Shown: piece by piece, positions 1 through 7,884 of the stretch | Layout of the letters: each line of letters begins with the position of its first letter | Numbering within the stretch: the first letter of the stretch is position 1 | Assembly: GCA_963692945.1 (NCBI GenBank) | Contig: OY843585.1 | Location: forward strand, 600,001-632,000 | Source of the DNA: Bdellovibrionales bacterium | GTDB taxonomy: Bacteria; Bdellovibrionota; Bdellovibrionia; Bdellovibrionales; UBA1609 | Length of the DNA: 32,000 bases | Direction: 5' to 3' | Notes under the pieces: generated by a model | What the model was told of the DNA's origin: nothing | The model's input: only the letters and a program-made list of their open reading frames with translations | Database searches by the model: none | Translations under genes and position numbers: made by a program

Positions 1-733
1 CAATGGCCATAACTTCCTTAGCCCCACATTCCAATAATTTTAAAGAGGCTTCACAAAGGGTTCCTCCTGTATCAATCATGTCATCTAAAATGATCGCTGT
101 TTTACCCTTAACTTCTCCCACTAAGTGCATTGCTTTTGCTTTGTTGGTTCCCACCCTTCTTTTATCAATCATGGCTATATTAGAACCTTTAATTTTTTTG
201 GCAAAATAACGAGCTCTTTCCATACCTCCTGCATCGGGGCTTACAATGGTGACTTCTTGATTTTTATGTTCTGCTAACCAAGCTTCTGCTAGGGTAGGGC
301 TTGCAAAAAGATTATCCACAGGCATATTGAAAAAACCTTGTATTTGAGCCGCATGTAAGTCCATAACGAGAAGGCGATGAGCTCCTGCTACAGAACACAT
401 GTCCGCCATACATTTTGCAGAGATAGGAACACGGGGTGCCGACTTTCTATCTTGTCTGGAGTAGCCATAATAAGGCATAACAAGGGTTATTTCAGAAGCA
501 GAGGCTCTTTTTAGAGCATCTAAAATCAGAAAAAGTTCCATATAGTTTTCATTCACTGGACGGCAAGTGCTTTGAATAACAAAAACATTAGAACCTCTTA
601 TATTGTCTTCAATTTCTACAAAAATTTCGCCATCGGCAAAACGAGAAATCTTTAGATTTCCAAGTTTGTTGTTGGTATAAAAAGCAACAGATTCAGCAAA
701 AGAAGGGTTTGAAGTTCCAGAAAATATTTTCAT
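1..733 (-). CDS. prs: ribose-phosphate pyrophosphokinase (PRPP synthetase); C-terminus lies beyond the window start
   Basis: Absent from the ORF track because it has no stop in the window. Manual translation from ATG 733..731 gives MKIFSGTSNPSFAESVAFYTNNKLGNLKISRFADGEIFVEIEDNIRGSNVFVIQS...YYGYSRQDRK...DLHAAQIQGFF...VSPDAGGMERAR...ILDDMIDTGGTL, the classic Prs signatures. An AAGGA SD lies 9 nt upstream. Confidence 0.93.
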   Translation of the reverse strand, partial: MKIFSGTSNPSFAESVAFYTNNKLGNLKISRFADGEIFVEIEDNIRGSNVFVIQSTCRPVNENYMELFLILDALKRASASEITLVMPYYGYSRQDRKSAPRVPISAKCMADMCSVAGAHRLLVMDLHAAQIQGFFNMPVDNLFASPTLAEAWLAEHKNQEVTIVSPDAGGMERARYFAKKIKGSNIAMIDKRRVGTNKAKAMHLVGEVKGKTAIILDDMIDTGGTLCEASLKLLECGAKEVMAI

Positions 734-743
734 TTTTATAAAT

Positions 744-892
744 CCTTTTTCTTTTTAGGCTTCTTCTTTTCATACAATAATTTTTTTGAGATGTCTATTT
801 TATAAAACTCTAGTTCAGGCTCTAATACCCTTTTCTTTTTAGGAGATTTTCGTCGTGAGAGGGATACTCCTCAAACACCTAAAAAGAAAAGG
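744..892 (-). promoter_or_regulatory. three-element complementary repeat in the rdgB-prs spacer (candidate prs leader structure overlapping the prs SD)
   Basis: CCTTTTCTTTTTAGG at 829..843 and its perfect reverse complement at 878..892 form a 15-bp stem with a 34-nt loop. A third copy, CCTTTTTCTTTTTAGG at 744..759, on the mRNA strand reads CCUAAAAAGAAAAAGG-A and contains the prs SD (AAGGA). Confidence 0.35.
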
Positions 893-929
893 ATTCTTAC
901 TTAGTGAGCTAGAGAAAACCTACTGGTTT

Positions 930-1562
930 TTAGGTATTCAGAGAGAGGGATTTTTTTAGTTTTTCTAAAACTTGCGTTCTATGTGAAATTTTTTCTTTAA
1001 ACTCTGGAGTCAGTTCTCCAAAACTTCGTGTTTCTCCCTCAGGAATAAACAGAGGATCATAACCAAATCCGTTTGCTCCTCTTTCCTCAAAACCTATTGA
1101 ACCTCTACATACACCTTGAAAAAACAATTTATTACCACTAGGAGAAAGACAAGATTAACTTGAGATGTAAAGAGCACAAATGTATTGTGCTTTTCTAGAT
1201 TTTTTACCTTTTAAATTATGGAGTAAAAGCTGATTGTTTTTTTGATCTGTCGTCTGTTCCCCTCCATACCGAGCTGAAAAAATTCCAGGAGCTTTATTTA
1301 AAGCTTCCACTTCTAAGCCACTGTCTTCTCCTAAAATCCATATTTCTTTATTGAGAGGATTATCCTTTTGATTCAAAAAAGTGAGAAGTTGAAAAGATTT
1401 GATTTCAGCATTTTCTTTAAAAGAATTTCCAGTTTCTTCTGGAGGTGTATAATTTTTGAGATCTTTTAAGCTTTTAAAAATTAAAGAAGGTTGATTTTTA
1501 AAAAAAGATTCGATCTCTTTGATTTTATGAGAGTTGGTTGTTGCTAGCCAAAAAATAAGCAT
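930..1562 (-). pseudogene. rdgB: dITP/XTP pyrophosphatase (RdgB/HAM1 family) interrupted by an in-frame TAA
   Basis: ORFs 1155..1562 and 930..1127 are in the same frame (both codon phases are 2 mod 3). Read through, they give ...RKAQYICALYISS-TAA-SCLSPSGNKLFFQGVCRGSIGFEERGANGFGYDPLFIPEG...ISHR, one continuous RdgB with the N-terminal ATTNSHKIKE and C-terminal GFGYDP/SHR motifs. The stop is at 1155..1157. The start ATG overlaps the rph stop (TAATG at 1560..1564). Confidence 0.85.
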
Positions 1563-2287
1563 TATTTTTTTTCAAAAAAAGGAGAAATGATTTCTGATTG
1601 TTTTTTGAATAACTCCTTACAACCAGATTGAGCAACTTCTATCATATCTGAAAGTTGATTTTGAGAGAAAGTCTTTTTTTCTGCTGTTCCTTGTATTTCA
1701 ATGAATTGATTTTCATCCGTCATAACAAAATTCATATCTGTTTCGCAACTTTGATCTTCTTTACAATCAAGGTCTAAAAAAATCTTAGAATCTAAAATAC
1801 CAACACTTACTGCCGATACATAATTTTTTAGTGGAAGTGTTTTTATAAGAGATTTTTTCGTCAAATGGTTTAAAGCTAAACTAAGAGCTACAAAACCTCC
1901 TGTAATAGCTGCTGTTCGTGTTCCTCCATCCGCTTGTAAAACATCGCAATCTACATGTATCATTCTTTCCCCTAATTGTGAGAGATCTACAACAGCTCTT
2001 AAACTTCGTGCAATAAGGCGAGATATCTCTTGAGAACGACCACTATTAAAACCTCTTTCCCGAGACATACGGAAATCTCCAGAACGAGGAAGCATTCCAT
2101 ACTCTGCTGTCACCCAACCTTGTCCTGCTTTGTTGAGCCACTTGGGAGTCGTTTCAGAAACACTGGCTGTGCAAACAAGATGAGTGTTTCCCATAAAAAT
2201 TTCTACACTTCCTTCAGCCCACATGTTCACATTTGATTTGATTTGAATATCTCTTAGTTGATTTGGTTTTCTATTATTGTTTCTCAT
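1562..2287 (-). CDS. rph: ribonuclease PH
   Basis: 241 aa. Contains LRDIQI...AEGSVEI..GNT.V.CTAS, GWVTAEYGMLPRS and DCDVLQADGGTRTAAITG, typical RNase PH motifs. rph-rdgB adjacency is a conserved arrangement. Confidence 0.93.
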   Translation of the reverse strand: MRNNNRKPNQLRDIQIKSNVNMWAEGSVEIFMGNTHLVCTASVSETTPKWLNKAGQGWVTAEYGMLPRSGDFRMSRERGFNSGRSQEISRLIARSLRAVVDLSQLGERMIHVDCDVLQADGGTRTAAITGGFVALSLALNHLTKKSLIKTLPLKNYVSAVSVGILDSKIFLDLDCKEDQSCETDMNFVMTDENQFIEIQGTAEKKTFSQNQLSDMIEVAQSGCKELFKKQSEIISPFFEKK

Positions 2288-2300
2288 GTTTTAACTCTTT

Positions 2301-3473
2301 TTATTTGTTTGGGGGTTTATAAATACCTAAACCTTCTGGTTGAGATAAGTCCCCTTTAGGACCAAAAGATTTTGGTTTTGTTTTTAAAGATTCCAAATCT
2401 AGAGAATCTTTTAAGTGTTTTTCTTTGACTGTGGGTATAAAAGGAATATCTAAAGTTTGTGTAGGAAAGGCGAAAGAAAGATTAAGTTCTTTACTTAATC
2501 TCAGTATTTCTAGAAAAATATTTTGTTTTTGTAATAATTCTGCATCCCAATTCGAAACTTTTAAAAAGAAATTTATAAAAATTTGTAAGCTAGAAGAACT
2601 GTAGCCAGAAAAATAAACTTGGTAGGAATCTTTTTTTATATATTTATTAGCTTCTAAAATATTTTTAACACCCTCTACAAAAGATTCCAGTTCTTCAGGA
2701 GCCGTGTCATAAGTGAGGTCTAAAGTGATTTGTGTTCTACGAGATTGTCTGCGACCTAGATTATCAACAACAGAACTAGCAACTATAGAGTTAGGAAGAG
2801 TGACAATAGAATCATAAAAAGTTTTTATTTGTGTAGAACGAAATCCAATATCTTCTACAGTTCCTTCTACATCTCCACAGTGAATCCAATCTCCTACAGC
2901 AAAAGGTCTATCCATAATAATAGTGAGTCCTCCAAATAAATTGGTTAAAGTTTCTTTCGCTCCTAAAGCGATAGCCACACCACCAATACCTAAACCAGCA
3001 AGAAGAGAAGTTACATTAAATCCAGCATTTTGAAGAATAAAAAGAATAAAGATGAAAGTGATTGTGAATTTTATTATTTTTTTAGAATAAGGTAAGAGGC
3101 TTTTATGAATGGTGTCGCTGTCTTTATTTTTTATTAAAAGTTTTATATAGATTTCTAAAATATCTAAAATTTGGTAACAGATGGCGATGAGACAGAAACA
3201 AAGAATCACTTGTAGAGTTTGAATTATAAAAGGTATCCAATCGGCTTTAATTGAGAAAAAAGGTAAGCCGATAAACCAAAATCCACAAAAGATAAGGAGA
3301 GCATAAGGAACTTTGGATAAAGATAATAGTTGGTCTTTTAATGGTGGACTTAGTCTTTTGCTGATCCTAGAGAAAATGAATTTTATAAGAGGATAGGATG
3401 CTCTAGCTAGAAAAATACCAATAAAAAAAAGGACAAAGGGATTATTAAAAAGGGTTAATTGTATATCTGGCAT
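2301..3473 (-). CDS. mechanosensitive ion channel protein (MscS family)
   Basis: Multi-TM N-terminus followed by the MscS core ...LTNLFGGLTIIMDRPFAVGDWI..GDVEGTVEDIGFRSTQIKTFYDSIVTLPNS. I moved the start to ATG 3473..3471 (MPDIQL...), which overlaps the upstream gene's stop as TAATG. The track ORF extends to 3503. Confidence 0.85.
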   Translation of the reverse strand: MPDIQLTLFNNPFVLFFIGIFLARASYPLIKFIFSRISKRLSPPLKDQLLSLSKVPYALLIFCGFWFIGLPFFSIKADWIPFIIQTLQVILCFCLIAICYQILDILEIYIKLLIKNKDSDTIHKSLLPYSKKIIKFTITFIFILFILQNAGFNVTSLLAGLGIGGVAIALGAKETLTNLFGGLTIIMDRPFAVGDWIHCGDVEGTVEDIGFRSTQIKTFYDSIVTLPNSIVASSVVDNLGRRQSRRTQITLDLTYDTAPEELESFVEGVKNILEANKYIKKDSYQVYFSGYSSSSLQIFINFFLKVSNWDAELLQKQNIFLEILRLSKELNLSFAFPTQTLDIPFIPTVKEKHLKDSLDLESLKTKPKSFGPKGDLSQPEGLGIYKPPNK

Positions 3474-4426
3474 TATGTAAGGAATCCTTTTTGTTCTAAC
3501 CAAGTTTTATTTAAAAATTTACTCATGTAATTTCTTATGCCGTCAGGAAGTATAACAACGCAGTTTTGATTTTTTTTAAGATGTTTTGATTCTTGCATGG
3601 CTGCCCAAAAAGCAGAGCCACTTGAACCTCCACATAATAGACCTTCTTCTCTAATTAATCTTTTAGCCATCTTAAAAGAATCTTCATCTGATGTTTTGAC
3701 CCATTTTGTAATCAAACTTCTATCTAAAACATCAGGTATGAAGTCATAACCAATTCCTTCAACTTCATAGTCTTTAATAGGTTCTTCTCCTGCTAAAATA
3801 GAACCTATAGGATCCACTCCAATAATTTGACAGTCAGGACATGTTTTTTTTATTTGTTTAGATAAACCTGTTAAAGTTCCACCTGTGCCTGCTCCTGCAA
3901 CAATCATATCCACTTGACCATCTAAATCTTTAAGAATCTCTTTTGCTGTTCCTTCATAATGAGCCATATAATTTGCAGGATTAGAATATTGGTCTAAAAT
4001 ATAAGATTTTGGTAGTTCTTTTTGTAATTTTTTTGCAACACTGATATGGCTTTCAGGGTCTTTTGAAGCCGCTTCTGAAGGGGTTCTTATAATTTTAGCT
4101 CCTAAAGCAGAAAGTGTGACTTCTTTTTCTTTACTCATTTTTTCAGGCATTACAATAATAACAGAGTAACCTAAAACAGCTCCTGCTAAAGCAATACCTA
4201 CACCTGTGTTTCCGCTCGTAGGTTCAATGAGAGTGTCTCCTGGGGAAATAAGATTATCTTCTTGTGCTTTTTTAACCATATTAAAACCAATACGATCTTT
4301 AACAGAACCTCCAGGATTAAAGAACTCACATTTTCCATAAATATTAGCATCCAGATGTTTTGTTATTTTTTGAATCTTAACAAGAGGAGTATTCCCTATA
4401 GTATCTAAAATAGTATTGGCTTTCAT
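3473..4426 (-). CDS. cystathionine beta-synthase-type PLP enzyme (CysK/CBS fold type II), catalytic core only
   Basis: 317 aa. Has NPGGSVKDR (PLP lysine), TSGNTG and GTGGT. The C-terminal stretch YEVEGIGYDFIPDVLDR...EEGLLCGGSSGS...VVILPDGIRNYMSKFLNKTWLEQKGFL closely matches my memory of the eukaryotic CBS catalytic domain. The protein ends where the Bateman module would start. Confidence 0.85.
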   Translation of the reverse strand: MKANTILDTIGNTPLVKIQKITKHLDANIYGKCEFFNPGGSVKDRIGFNMVKKAQEDNLISPGDTLIEPTSGNTGVGIALAGAVLGYSVIIVMPEKMSKEKEVTLSALGAKIIRTPSEAASKDPESHISVAKKLQKELPKSYILDQYSNPANYMAHYEGTAKEILKDLDGQVDMIVAGAGTGGTLTGLSKQIKKTCPDCQIIGVDPIGSILAGEEPIKDYEVEGIGYDFIPDVLDRSLITKWVKTSDEDSFKMAKRLIREEGLLCGGSSGSAFWAAMQESKHLKKNQNCVVILPDGIRNYMSKFLNKTWLEQKGFLT

Positions 4427-4486
4427 AAATTCTTTCTTATGTTTAACTCAAAAAGAGTCTTACTTACAATGTTTTTTTAAGATTTT

Positions 4487-4516
4487 TTGGTTTTCATTAG
4501 AGTAAAAAACTATAAT
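4487..4516 (+). promoter_or_regulatory. candidate sigma70-type promoter for feoAB
   Basis: Perfect TATAAT at 4511..4516, with TTGGTT at 4487..4492 (18-nt spacer), about 35 nt upstream of the feoA start. By-eye call only. Confidence 0.3.
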
Positions 4517-4550
4517 TTTTTTCTTGCTTGTTTTTTTGTTTTAGTTCTTA

Positions 4551-4796
4551 ATGTTTTTGATGTGTCCTTTATCTGGTCTGAAACATAAAAAATATGCCCG
4601 TATTGTTGGATTTAGTGATGATCAGCTCATGGCTTCCTGTTGTATAGAGATGGGATTGTGTGAAAACTCTGTGATTCAAGTTTTAGACAAGCTTCCTTTT
4701 GGCGGTAATTTAATTGTGCTTTCTGAAAATGGGAAATACACCCTTAGAAAAAGAGAAGCGGATCATATTATGGTTGAAGAAGTTACGAAGCCATGA
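4551..4796 (+). CDS. feoA: ferrous iron transport protein A (FeoA domain)
   Basis: 81-aa small protein immediately upstream of feoB and overlapping it (ATGA). FeoA-like pattern ...ARIVGFS...MGLCENSVIQVL...GGNLIVLSENGKYTLRKREADHIMV. The start is uncertain (4551 or ATG 4560) and no clear SD is present. Confidence 0.75.
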   Translation: MFLMCPLSGLKHKKYARIVGFSDDQLMASCCIEMGLCENSVIQVLDKLPFGGNLIVLSENGKYTLRKREADHIMVEEVTKP

Positions 4797-6661
4797 AAGA
4801 GGATGCAAGGCATATTGTTCTTGTTGGTCAACCTAATAGCGGTAAAACAACTCTCTTTAATTGGTTAACAGGTTTTAAACATCGTGTGATAAATTATCCA
4901 GGTTCTACTGTTTTTATATCTTCAGGAAATTTACAAAAAAAATACAACTTACCCGTTGTTTTAATAGATACCCCTGGTGTTTACAGTTTATTTCCAAAAT
5001 CTAAAGATGAAGAAGTGACAAGAGATTATCTTTTTAATAATAAGAATCTTGAAGCTGTTTTATTGATTTTAGATGGAAGTAAATTAGAAATACAACTTCC
5101 TTTGTTTTTTCAACTTAAAGAAGCAGGGTTTAAAGTTGTTGTGGCTTTAACTATGTGGGACCTTATCTCTAATGACTCCTTAGATATAGATCAACTTCAA
5201 AAGTCATTGGGAGTTCCTGTTGTTCTTATTAATGGATTGATTGGTGGAGGAGTTTATGATTTGGTAGAGCATTTTCCTACCTTATTGGATTCTAAACCCT
5301 CTTCTATTCAAAATCTAAAGCCTTGGTCTGTAAAAGATCTAAATGAATCTGTTGATAAATCAAGAGGTATTTACTCTTCTATTTCAAAGAAAATGAAACA
5401 GAAAAAAACAAATCTATTTATTTCTCAAAAATTTGATAGATTTTTTTTACACCCTAAAGGAGGGTTGGTTTTGTTTGGAGCGATTATGTTTGCTCTTTTT
5501 TCTTCTTTGTTTTGGTTAGCAGATCCTTTTATGGGATATGTGGACAGTGCTTTTTCTTTTCTTATAGATAAAACTCATAACTTTAATCCTACGTCTTTAA
5601 TTATTGATTTTTTAGCCAATGGAATTTTAGCTAGTTTTGGAGCCGTTTTAGTTTTTGTTCCTCAAATATTCATTTTGTTTTTAGGTATTTCTCTTTTAGA
5701 AGATACGGGTTACCTTGCACGAGCTGTTGCTCTTGCCGATGGACCTTTATCTAAAATAGGTTTGAGTGGTCGTTCTTTTATTCCTTTTTTATCGGGTTAT
5801 GCTTGTGCTATTCCAGCCATTATGGCGGCTCGGAATCTTTCATCTCCTAGAGAAAAATTAATGGCTTTTTTTGCCATTCCTTTTATGTCTTGTTCAGCAA
5901 GATTGCCGGTTTATGCTTTATTATTAAGTTTTTTGTTTTACGGGCAATCTTCTTGGAAGCCAGGATTGATTCTAAGTCTCATTTATATAGGTTCTTTTTT
6001 ATTGGGAATCGTATCCGTTTCTATTTTAAATTTATTTCTTAAATCGGATAAACGAAAAAAACCCTTTCTATTAGATCTTCCTATTTATAGACGTCCTGTT
6101 TGGATAAAAACTTTGCAAAGTTCTTGGAAAAGAACAAAACATTATATTTTTAAGGCAGGTCCTGCCATTTTTACAGTGGCTTTGATAGTTTGGGTTATGA
6201 CCAATTTTCCTAGAAACATGGATTGGTCAGAGGTAGAACAAATTCAAAATAGTTATGCAGGGCAAGTTGGAAAAGTTATAGAACCTGTTTTTGAATTTAT
6301 GGGAGTGGATTGGAGAGTTGGTGTTGGTCTTATAGCGGCTTTTGCAGCTCGAGAGGTTTTTGTTTCTTCTCTCGCCCTTGTTTTTAATATTACGAGTGTG
6401 AGTGATGAAACTATGACAAGCTCTCTTATAGAGAATATGAAGACAGCTGTTCATTCTAGTGGAGAGCCTGTGTTTTCTCTGGCAAGTGTTATTGCTTTAA
6501 TTGTCTTTTTTATGGTTTCTCTTCAGTGTGTTTCTACAACAGCGATTGTTTATAAGGAAAGTAACTCCTTAAAACTGGCTTTAACTCAATTGATTAGTCT
6601 CAATGTATTGGCTTATGTTTTGGCTTGTTTGAGTTATCAAAGTTTAAAATTTCTTCTGTAA
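4793..6661 (+). CDS. feoB: ferrous iron transporter FeoB (G-domain plus membrane permease)
   Basis: 622 aa. N-terminal GTPase motifs GQPNSGKTTLFN, DTPG and TMWD, followed by the polytopic gate domain with GY.AR and GYACAIPAIMAAR motifs. Confidence 0.93.
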   Translation: MKEDARHIVLVGQPNSGKTTLFNWLTGFKHRVINYPGSTVFISSGNLQKKYNLPVVLIDTPGVYSLFPKSKDEEVTRDYLFNNKNLEAVLLILDGSKLEIQLPLFFQLKEAGFKVVVALTMWDLISNDSLDIDQLQKSLGVPVVLINGLIGGGVYDLVEHFPTLLDSKPSSIQNLKPWSVKDLNESVDKSRGIYSSISKKMKQKKTNLFISQKFDRFFLHPKGGLVLFGAIMFALFSSLFWLADPFMGYVDSAFSFLIDKTHNFNPTSLIIDFLANGILASFGAVLVFVPQIFILFLGISLLEDTGYLARAVALADGPLSKIGLSGRSFIPFLSGYACAIPAIMAARNLSSPREKLMAFFAIPFMSCSARLPVYALLLSFLFYGQSSWKPGLILSLIYIGSFLLGIVSVSILNLFLKSDKRKKPFLLDLPIYRRPVWIKTLQSSWKRTKHYIFKAGPAIFTVALIVWVMTNFPRNMDWSEVEQIQNSYAGQVGKVIEPVFEFMGVDWRVGVGLIAAFAAREVFVSSLALVFNITSVSDETMTSSLIENMKTAVHSSGEPVFSLASVIALIVFFMVSLQCVSTTAIVYKESNSLKLALTQLISLNVLAYVLACLSYQSLKFLL

Positions 6662-6825
6662 ATCAGATTTAAGTTTTTTCTAAAATTTAAGGTAAATAAA
6701 CACTTTTGTATCACAGAATTTAGGACTTTGTTCTAGATTTTTTTTTATTTATTTTTTTACTAAAGTTCTTTTATAGGTTCTTCCGATAGTTTTTGTAAGT
6801 TTAATTATAAACAAGGAGGAAAATA

Positions 6826-7830
6826 ATGAACAAACTAATAATAAGTTTTATTATGATTTTTGTGTTTATCGGTTGTGAAGAACCTGGTGACACACAATTT
6901 GCATCTTTGAGTGGGGCTTCAGATTTTCAAGAATCTTTATCTGATGTTGTAAATTCTGAAGAGAAGTCTGAAGAGAAAATCGGACGTCGTAAAAATAAAA
7001 AAGGTAAAAAAGTAGAGATTGAAGTTGGTGGTAAAGATTTACAACCTGAAAAGCCATCTAAGGTCGTTCTTGAAGTTGCTGTTTATAAAGAAGAAACTGC
7101 TGCTAAAGCAGAAGTTGCTTCTAAAGAAAAGGCAGATATTCTATTTTATGTTGGCGGTGAAACAAACAGTTGTTTGCAAGGTCTTGCTAAAGAGGTTGAG
7201 AAAAAAGGTTTTCTTTCCCATTTAGATGCTTTGGATTGGAAAGTAGCTGTGTCTCTTTTTCCAAAAAATCCTGGTTTTACAACTTTAGAAAACAATGGTC
7301 GTAAAATGACTAAAAACACTTCTAAACTTAAGAGAAAATTCTTGCTTCCTGTTGGAAAAATCAGTTGGGAAGATGTTAGTGTTATAGAAAGATCAAAAAT
7401 GAAAGTGAAGAAAGGTGAGAAGCTGTTTCTTGACACGATACAAACGGAAGAATTAGATCATGGTCGCAATCCTCAACCTCGTTATGATGCTACTGAAGTT
7501 TATGCTTATAATTTAAGAAATGAACTTCCTGTAGTGGATTTTATGGATGGATTAGACGGTCTTTTATCTAATAAAAAATTTCTAAGAGAAGACTCTAAAG
7601 TTCATGTTGTAGTTATTGACTACGAACACTTCCCTTATTACACAGATAGAGAATGGAAGAAATTTTATAAGAAATATCCAAACCTTAATATTATTCTTGT
7701 TTCTTCTAGAAGAGTAAGTGTGTCTAACTTTTCTTATCTTTCAAAAAGTAAAAAACTTAATTTTGAGTGGGTGCCTAAGTGTAACAGAGATGGCATTTCT
7801 GATTCATTGATAGAAGCACTTTTAAAGTAG
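6826..7830 (+). CDS. lipoprotein of unknown function
   Basis: 334 aa. Strong SD (AAGGAGG) 7-8 nt upstream. Signal peptide with lipobox FIG-C (MNKLIISFIMIFVFIGC). Lys/Glu-rich linker followed by a globular region I do not recognise. Confidence 0.7.
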   Translation: MNKLIISFIMIFVFIGCEEPGDTQFASLSGASDFQESLSDVVNSEEKSEEKIGRRKNKKGKKVEIEVGGKDLQPEKPSKVVLEVAVYKEETAAKAEVASKEKADILFYVGGETNSCLQGLAKEVEKKGFLSHLDALDWKVAVSLFPKNPGFTTLENNGRKMTKNTSKLKRKFLLPVGKISWEDVSVIERSKMKVKKGEKLFLDTIQTEELDHGRNPQPRYDATEVYAYNLRNELPVVDFMDGLDGLLSNKKFLREDSKVHVVVIDYEHFPYYTDREWKKFYKKYPNLNIILVSSRRVSVSNFSYLSKSKKLNFEWVPKCNRDGISDSLIEALLK

Positions 7831-7854
7831 TAAGTTTAAAAAATATGAAAAAGT

Positions 7855-7884
7855 AAAAGAGGCTAGGGAAACCTAGTCTCTTTT
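7855..7884. terminator. bidirectional rho-independent terminator between the convergent lipoprotein gene and fadE
   Basis: AAAA-GAGGCTAGG-GAAA-CCTAGTCTC-TTTT. The 9-10 bp stem has one G:U pair and a GNRA (GAAA) tetraloop. It is flanked by an A-tract and a T-tract, so it reads as stem plus U-tract on both strands. Confidence 0.75.

Noticed and set aside
311-319. Perfect DnaA-box consensus TTATCCACA
   Set aside because: It is a single isolated occurrence inside the prs coding sequence, with no cluster of boxes or adjacent AT-rich unwinding element. This is expected by chance and is not an origin.
731-773. 26-codon upstream ORF (ATG 773..771, minus strand) overlapping the prs start, and 16-23-codon ORFs in 27678..27770
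   Set aside because: No SD precedes any of them, and their composition is what AT-rich noncoding DNA yields by chance. They are kept only as possibilities if ribosome profiling says otherwise.
829-892. MITE or other miniature mobile element defined by the 15-bp terminal inverted repeats
   Set aside because: No target-site duplication flanks it (the left flank is ...AATAC, the right flank ATTCT...). I noticed no other copies in the window. One arm is duplicated as part of the prs SD region, which fits a regulatory structure better.
1155-1157. Stop-codon reassignment (TAA read as sense) to explain the rdgB in-frame stop
   Set aside because: TAA is the terminator of many well-delimited genes in the same window (rph, fadE, feoB, scoA, scoB, leuS, the CBS-like gene), ending at the expected C-termini. 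A genome-wide reassignment is therefore untenable.
4427-4550. Fur box upstream of feoAB
   Set aside because: I looked for GATAAT / ATTATC hexamer arrays or the 19-bp consensus and found only weak fragments (e.g. TTTTCATTAG). That is not enough to call.
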